Notes under the pieces: model-generated | Database searches by the model: none | Told to the model about the DNA's origin: nothing | What the model saw: only the letters and a program-made list of their open reading frames with translations | In this document: positions 58,422-64,000 of the stretch, piece after piece | Numbering within the stretch: position 1 is the first letter of the stretch | Layout of the letters: every line of letters starts with the position of its first letter | Made by a program: the position numbers and the translations under genes | Assembly: GCA_963422735.1 (NCBI GenBank) | Contig: OY730476.1 | Coordinates: forward strand, 3,136,001 to 3,200,000 | DNA length: 64,000 nt | DNA from: Candidatus Latescibacterota bacterium | GTDB lineage: Bacteria > Latescibacterota > UBA2968 > UBA8231 | Reading direction: 5' to 3'

Positions 58422-59297
58422 ATGTTGACACAAGAACAGACCACCAGCTACCACGAGAAGGGCTACCTCGGCGTCGAGGGGGTATTGGCCCCCGGAGAAG
58501 TAGAGGCACTGCGGCAGATCACCGACGAGTTCATCGAGCAGTCGCGGGCCGCGAGCGAAAGCGATACCGTATTCGACTTGGAGCCGGGACATGCGCCCGA
58601 CAACCCCAAGCTGCGGCGGCTCAAAAGCCCGGTCGCCCAGCACGAAATCTACCGCAGCACCCTGCACCACGAGCGGATTCTGGACATCGTTACCCAGTTA
58701 ATCGGCGAGCGAATCCGCACCAACGGCGACAAGCTCAACATGAAATCCGGCGAGTTCGGCAGCCCGGTGGAGTGGCATCAGGATTGGGCTTTTTATCCGC
58801 ACACCAACGACGACCTGCTCGCCGTGGGAGTGTGCATCGACGATATGAACGAGACTAACGGCTGCTTGCTCGTCATCCCTAAGTCGCACAAGGGGCCGAT
58901 CTACAACCACCACCTCGAGGGCCATTTCGCCGGCGCAGTGACCGCGACGGATTTCGACGACTCTGCGGCCGAAAAGGTCGAGCTAAAAGCCGGCGGCATC
59001 TCTATCCACCACGTCCGCGCCCTGCACGGCTCCCTGCCCAACACCTCGCCGCATCCGCGCCGACTCCTGCTCTTGCAGTATTGCGCCGGCGACTCTTGGC
59101 CTTTGGTGCCGGCGACCGATTGGGAGGGCTATTGCCGGACCTTCGTGCGCGGCGAGCCGAGCCGGCACATCCGCGTCGCCGATGTGCCTGTGAGTATGCC
59201 GATGCCCGGGGCCAAGGTCGGCGGCTCCATCTACGCTACCCAGACCGTATTGCGCCACTCGACCTTCGGATCGGTGAAAACCGCAAAGTCCGCCTAA
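58422..59297 (+). CDS. Phytanoyl-CoA dioxygenase (PhyH) family protein
   Basis: YHEKGYL, EWHQDW, NGCLLVIPKSH, LHGSLPNTS..RR. Confidence 0.92.
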   Translation: MLTQEQTTSYHEKGYLGVEGVLAPGEVEALRQITDEFIEQSRAASESDTVFDLEPGHAPDNPKLRRLKSPVAQHEIYRSTLHHERILDIVTQLIGERIRTNGDKLNMKSGEFGSPVEWHQDWAFYPHTNDDLLAVGVCIDDMNETNGCLLVIPKSHKGPIYNHHLEGHFAGAVTATDFDDSAAEKVELKAGGISIHHVRALHGSLPNTSPHPRRLLLLQYCAGDSWPLVPATDWEGYCRTFVRGEPSRHIRVADVPVSMPMPGAKVGGSIYATQTVLRHSTFGSVKTAKSA

Positions 59298-59314
59298 CAC
59301 TGCACACTGCGTCC

Positions 59315-60238
59315 ATGAACCTGCAACACCTGCGCTACTTCCTCGCCGTGGCGCGCACGGGCGGCTTTACCCAAGCGGCGCGCCAGATGAATGTGACTCA
59401 GCCGACGATTTCCAGCGCGGTCTTGGAGCTGGAGAAGAGCATGGGGGTCCAGCTCTTCAACCGCGACAATCGGCACGTGGCCCTGACGACCGAGGGCCGC
59501 CTACTGCTGAGCTACGCCGTCCAGGTCGCGGACTTGCTAGAGGAGGCAAGTGAGCGGCTTCAGCGGAGCGACCTAGAGCCGGGAGGAGGCTTTCAGTTTG
59601 GGGCGGTGGACGCGGCCGTCATCTATCTCCTGCCGGAAATTCTCAAAGAGTACATGCGCCGCTATCCGGGCGTCGCGCTCAAGACCCAAGTCGCCCCCTC
59701 GCGTTATCTCATCGACGACCTGCTGATGCAGCGCTCTGAATTCGCACTGATCCACTTACCCTACACCCATCCCAAAATCGACGCCGTGCCGATCTACTGC
59801 GATGACATGCCCTTGGTCGTCGGGCCAGAGCATCGCTTTGCTCGGTGCGGGGCTGTCGCCCTCGTCGAAGTGGTGGAGGAACCCCTAATCCTCTTTCACG
59901 CCGACTCGGTCTCGCGCAAGGTAGTTGACGAGAAGCTCGCCGAAGCAGGCCTAGCGCCGGGCGCGGTGATGGAGCTGCGTAGCCCAGAGGCCATGCGCAA
60001 GTTGGTGGAGGCCGGAGTGGGCATCTCGTTTTTGCCGCGGCTGACCATCCGCGAGTCGCTGGCGAGCGGTGCGCTCAAGACCGTGGATGTGCGCGGCGTG
60101 GCCTTTGAGCGCGAAATCGGCGTGGCTTGGCGTCGAGGCCGCTACTTTGGCCAAGCCGTGCGGCTTTTGCTCGAAGCCGTGTTCGCCGCATACGGCGGAC
60201 GGGATGAGTGGCTGCAAAAGGTCGCTCCGAAAAGCTAA
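59315..60238 (+). CDS. LysR family transcriptional regulator
   Basis: MNLQHLRYFLAVA..FTQAA..TQPTIS..LE..LFNR; VEAGVGISFLP. Confidence 0.93.
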   Translation: MNLQHLRYFLAVARTGGFTQAARQMNVTQPTISSAVLELEKSMGVQLFNRDNRHVALTTEGRLLLSYAVQVADLLEEASERLQRSDLEPGGGFQFGAVDAAVIYLLPEILKEYMRRYPGVALKTQVAPSRYLIDDLLMQRSEFALIHLPYTHPKIDAVPIYCDDMPLVVGPEHRFARCGAVALVEVVEEPLILFHADSVSRKVVDEKLAEAGLAPGAVMELRSPEAMRKLVEAGVGISFLPRLTIRESLASGALKTVDVRGVAFEREIGVAWRRGRYFGQAVRLLLEAVFAAYGGRDEWLQKVAPKS

Positions 60239-60320
60239 TACGAGGTCCTTGACCCCCGCGATATTGCCACGCTTCAAGCTAGCGGCGTTCTTAATTTTTA
60301 ACGGATGTTACGCAGCTTTT

Positions 60321-60497
60321 GTCCTGCCTGCGCTTCACCTTGCGGCAGCAAGATAAGCCGGCATCCAGCGTACCCCTCGTCGGTTCGGGCTTGGGTGACC
60401 GCTGAGCGACGCGACGACTCGACGGAGGGTGCTGAAGCCTGTCTCCGTGCAGACGGGGTCCGCATCGTGCGCGGGAATGACAATGGGGGCGGCAGGA
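60321..60497. repeat. Structured element upstream of serS (degenerate REPIN-like inverted pair or leader RNA)
   Basis: Ends GTCCTGCCTGCG..GCCGGCATCCAG and GCGCGGGAATGAC, internal long stem 60366-60434 and several short hairpins. Confidence 0.4.
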
Positions 60498-60558
60498 AGC
60501 TGCTGACGATAACGACTGCGTAACGTCAGTTTTTAACCCAAAACTGAGAGCGAGCACT

Positions 60559-61920
60559 ATGATCGACCCAAAGGCCGTGCGCGCCCATCCCGACGTCATG
60601 CGCGAAGCGATACGGGTGCGAAAGGTTGACCCGGCCAAAGCCAATGTAGATCGCTGGTTGGCCCTCGACGCAGCGCGGCAAAAGCTGCAACGCGACATCG
60701 ACGCGCTCAATAGCGAGAAAAAGCAACTGGCGCGGCTCGGCCGCACTGACCCGGACGCGGCGCGGCAAAAGGGGCGTCAGTTGCGCGAGCGCGGGCGAGT
60801 GCTGGAGCACGAGTTGGAAACCGTCGTCGCCGAATGGCAAGCAATCATGGATTGGTTCCCCAATTGGCCGCATCCCGACATGCCCGCCGGTGCTGGCGAG
60901 GAAGACAACGTCGAAGAGAAGGCTTGGATTCCAGGGCAGGGCTATCTAGCCGCCGACAAGCTAGGCCGCGGAAACACCAGCGCCCAATACATGCCCAAGC
61001 GGCCCCTGCATGCCCAAGACGACGCCTTTGCGCCCCTCCATCACGCTGAACTCGGCGTCAAATTAGGCGGTATCGACACCTTGCAGGGCGGCCAAGTCTC
61101 CGGCTCGCGCTTTGCTTATTTGCGCGGCGATGTCGCCCGGATGCAATACGCCCTGAGCCAGCTACTCATTGACGAGCTTTTAGCGCGTGGGTACGAGATG
61201 TTCGTGCCGCCTCTCCTGGTGAGGGAGCGCTCGCTATATGGCACTTCGCACTTTCCGGAAGGACGCAACCAAGTCTATGCCATTAAGACCGATAACGTAG
61301 AAGAAGGGGCCGAGCTTTTCCTAGTCGGCTCCTCTGAGCCGGCCAATTTCAGCTACTTCATGGACCAGACCTTGAACGCGGCCGAGTTGCCCGTCAAGCT
61401 CTTTGCCTATACGGCCTGCTTTCGCTCGGAAGCCGGGTCTTGGGGCCAAGACGTAAAGGGCATCAAGCGCATGCACCAGTTCGACAAAATCGAAATGAAC
61501 GCCGTGTGCCTGCCCGATCAATCCGCGGCTCTGTACGAGGAATTCGGCCAAATCAACGAATGGATCCTGCAAAAGTTGGCCTTGCCCTACCGGGTCGTCG
61601 ATAAGTGCCACGGCGACGCCGGCTATCTGGCCAGCCATCGGCAGCGGGACATGGAAGTGTGGATGTCCGGGACGGGCGAGTTCATGGAGGTAATGACCGA
61701 CACCAACGCCACGGACTATCAGGCCCGGCGCTTGAACATCCGCTACAAGGGCGCGAGCGGGCGGGGTTTCTGCCATCTAGTCAACGACACGGGTTGCGCG
61801 ATGGGCCGGCTGCTGATCGCCATTTTGGACAACTATCAACAACCCGACGGCGCAATACAGGTCCCCAAACCCTTGCAACGGGTCGTAAAGAAAAGTGCCC
61901 TGCAACCGAAAGGCGCGTGA
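60559..61920 (+). CDS. serS: Serine--tRNA ligase
   Basis: N-terminal coiled coil, SGSRF, CFRSEAGS, RMHQFDKIE, TDYQARRLNIRY, AILDNYQQPDG. Confidence 0.95.
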   Translation: MIDPKAVRAHPDVMREAIRVRKVDPAKANVDRWLALDAARQKLQRDIDALNSEKKQLARLGRTDPDAARQKGRQLRERGRVLEHELETVVAEWQAIMDWFPNWPHPDMPAGAGEEDNVEEKAWIPGQGYLAADKLGRGNTSAQYMPKRPLHAQDDAFAPLHHAELGVKLGGIDTLQGGQVSGSRFAYLRGDVARMQYALSQLLIDELLARGYEMFVPPLLVRERSLYGTSHFPEGRNQVYAIKTDNVEEGAELFLVGSSEPANFSYFMDQTLNAAELPVKLFAYTACFRSEAGSWGQDVKGIKRMHQFDKIEMNAVCLPDQSAALYEEFGQINEWILQKLALPYRVVDKCHGDAGYLASHRQRDMEVWMSGTGEFMEVMTDTNATDYQARRLNIRYKGASGRGFCHLVNDTGCAMGRLLIAILDNYQQPDGAIQVPKPLQRVVKKSALQPKGA

Positions 61921-62804
61921 TGGGCAAGCGACTCGATGGCCGGGCAATTGCGGCCCAAGTGCAAGAAGAGCTGCGGGCGGACATCGCGCACCTGAAGCGG
62001 GAGCACGGTCTAGTGCCGGGCTTGGCGGTCGTGCTGGTGGGGGACGACCCGGCCTCGCTGTCCTACGTGCGCGCCAAGGGCCGAGCCTGCGAAGCCCTCG
62101 GCATTCACTCCGTGCAAATAGATCTGCCGGCCAATTCCAACACTGAGGACGTGCTAGCCACCGTCGAGCGGCTCAACGCCGATGACGCGATCCACGGCAT
62201 CTTAGTGCAGCTACCGCTGCCAAGCCAAGACGAGCAACAAGTCCTCAACGCCATTGATCCGGACAAGGACATTGATGGTTTGCACCCGGTCAATTTGGGC
62301 CGCCTCGTGCGGCAGGAGGAGTGCTTTTGGCCCTGTACGCCGCACGGGGTCTTGCAGATCCTCAGCCGCAGTGGGGTCGAGGTAGATGGCCAGCACGTGG
62401 TCGTGGTCGGCCGGAGCACTCTCGTGGGGCGGCCCGTAGCCATCTTGCTGGGGCACAAGGCAGCCGGGGCCAATGCCACGGTGACCGTGTGCCACACCGG
62501 CACCCGCGACCTCGGGCACTTTACGCGCCAAGCGGACATCCTAGTGGTGGCGGCAGGGTTCCCCCGTGGCATCACCGCGGATATGGTCAAAGAAGGTGCC
62601 GTGGTAATCGACGTGGGCATCAACCAAGTTGACGATCCCTCGCGCGAACGCGGCTGGCGTCTCGTCGGAGATGTGGACTACAAACAGGTGCGCGCGAAGG
62701 CCAGCGCGATCACCCCCGTACCCAATGGGGTCGGGCCAATGACGATTGCGCTGTTGCTCTACAACACGGTGTGGGCGGCCAGGCGGCAGGTGGAGCTGGA
62801 GTAG
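61920..62804 (+). CDS. folD: Bifunctional methylenetetrahydrofolate dehydrogenase/cyclohydrolase
   Basis: PGLAVVLVGDDPAS, GILVQLPLP, KDIDG, PCTP, GRS..VGRP, ITPVPNGVGPMT. Confidence 0.96.
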   Translation: MGKRLDGRAIAAQVQEELRADIAHLKREHGLVPGLAVVLVGDDPASLSYVRAKGRACEALGIHSVQIDLPANSNTEDVLATVERLNADDAIHGILVQLPLPSQDEQQVLNAIDPDKDIDGLHPVNLGRLVRQEECFWPCTPHGVLQILSRSGVEVDGQHVVVVGRSTLVGRPVAILLGHKAAGANATVTVCHTGTRDLGHFTRQADILVVAAGFPRGITADMVKEGAVVIDVGINQVDDPSRERGWRLVGDVDYKQVRAKASAITPVPNGVGPMTIALLLYNTVWAARRQVELE

Positions 62805-62975
62805 AGTTGCAAAGGGGAACTTCGATATGACGACAAAGCAAATCCTTAGCAGTCCTCAGCAGTCCTCTTCGGGCCTATTGCGAAAGGGGCTAAAGGCTAC
62901 CTTTGCCACTAGGCAGGAGACCGAGCATGGCTACCGATCATTTTTTGATGCCCCTACCCCTCGACCGCTGCTACC

Positions 62976-64000
62976 TCATCTAGCCTCGGCCCAGTGGACC
63001 AACCCCATTTCCAAGGGATTTTGCAGGTCTGGGTGCGAGGGTACCACGCGCAGAGTGTAGCCGTGTGAGCCAGCCGCGATGCACGTGAAAGTGCCGACGA
63101 AGTGGTGGGTGCCGTCGCCATTGTGACCGGCCAATTCCAGCGGGTACACCTCGGTTTGCGCGAACTCGTGCTGGGCGTTGAGGCGGCCGGCGTAGAGCTC
63201 GACGCGAACATCCTCTGGGGCTAGCTCGCCCAAGGCCACCGCGGTGCGCAACGGCACCTGCATCCCTACCTTGAGCAGCCGCGGAAATTCGGCATCCACC
63301 TCGCCGATCTGAACCTGCGCCCACTTGGAGCGCACGTGCGACTTCCAATGCGTCAGCCGCTGAACCCGCTCGCGGTCGGTCGCCAATTCCTCAAAGCGGG
63401 CTTGTCCGGGCAAGTAGAACCTCTCGACGTACTCGCGGACCATGCGGTGCGTGTTGTATTGCGGCGCAAGCTGGGCGATGGTCTCCTTCATGCGGGCGAT
63501 CCAATCGCCGGGCAGTCCGTCTGCATCGCGCTGGTAGAAGAGCGGGATCACTTCGGTCTCTAGCAGGTCGTAGAGCGAGTTGGACTCGACCTCGTCTTGG
63601 TAGTGTTCGTCGTCGTAGTCCTCGCCGCGGCCAATCGTCCAACCAGCGTGCTTGTCACAGGCTTCGTCCCACCAGCCGTCGAATACGCTGACATTGAGCA
63701 CGCCATTGACCGCGGCCTTCATGCCAGACGTGCCCGAAGCCTCCAAGGGGCGGCGGGGATTGTTGAGCCAGACATCGCACCCTTGCACTAAGTAGCGGGC
63801 GAGGTTCATATCGTAGTCTTGCAAAAAGAAAATCCGGCCATTAAAGGGTGCTTGCCGTGCAAGGTGGACGATTTGGCGGATCAGCTCTTTGCCGGCATCG
63901 TCGTGGGGGTGGGCCTTGCCGGCGAAGAGAATCTGCAAGGGCCGCTGCGAGTCGGAGAACAGGGCCTTGAGCCGCTCGATATTGCGGAAAATCAGGTTGC
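62976..64000 (-). CDS. glgP: Alpha-glucan phosphorylase, 5'-partial
   Basis: FAGKAHP, DVWLNNPRRPLEASGTSGMKA, DGWW, RMVREY. Confidence 0.93.
   Translation of the reverse strand, partial: NLIFRNIERLKALFSDSQRPLQILFAGKAHPHDDAGKELIRQIVHLARQAPFNGRIFFLQDYDMNLARYLVQGCDVWLNNPRRPLEASGTSGMKAAVNGVLNVSVFDGWWDEACDKHAGWTIGRGEDYDDEHYQDEVESNSLYDLLETEVIPLFYQRDADGLPGDWIARMKETIAQLAPQYNTHRMVREYVERFYLPGQARFEELATDRERVQRLTHWKSHVRSKWAQVQIGEVDAEFPRLLKVGMQVPLRTAVALGELAPEDVRVELYAGRLNAQHEFAQTEVYPLELAGHNGDGTHHFVGTFTCIAAGSHGYTLRVVPSHPDLQNPLEMGLVHWAEAR

Noticed and set aside
60388-60406. T-box-like TTGGGTGACCGC upstream of serS
   Set aside because: Lacks the TGGNACC antiterminator bulge, and no stem I motifs or U-rich terminator are visible
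62805-62975. Short direct repeat TCCT(T/C)AGCAG and an orphan RBS-ATG between folD and glgP
   Set aside because: Only two to three short units with no spacer structure and no recognisable product
1-64000. tRNA, rRNA, tmRNA, integrase or transposase genes
   Set aside because: None recognised; the defence and TA remnants have no visible mobility gene or att site in this window

Overview
High-GC bacterial chromosomal window dominated by metabolic genes: eight phytanoyl-CoA dioxygenase (PhyH)-family genes (two fused to HEAT repeats), Gfo/Idh/MocA oxidoreductases, sugar isomerases, a UxaA-family dehydratase, a citrate synthase pair, an Mrp Na+/H+ antiporter operon, hflX, serS, folD and a partial glucan phosphorylase. 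The gene mix resembles sponge-associated lineages such as Latescibacterota/Poribacteria (inference only). The most notable locus is 29.1-34.8 kb: a WYL regulator, an intact cas3 and a type I-C cas5 whose reading frame runs straight into a 4-repeat/3-spacer CRISPR array. There is no leader and no cas8c/cas7/cas4/cas1/cas2, and an OSGIN-like flavoprotein gene starts 10 bp after the last repeat. A large deletion is the simplest explanation, but a repurposed minimal system cannot be excluded. Also present: a complete Hen1-Pnkp RNA repair pair, three decayed toxin-antitoxin modules, a histidine kinase lacking its phospho-acceptor His, a decayed duplicate of a phyH-phyH junction and two structured intergenic elements. 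All calls come from reading motifs by eye; no database search was run.
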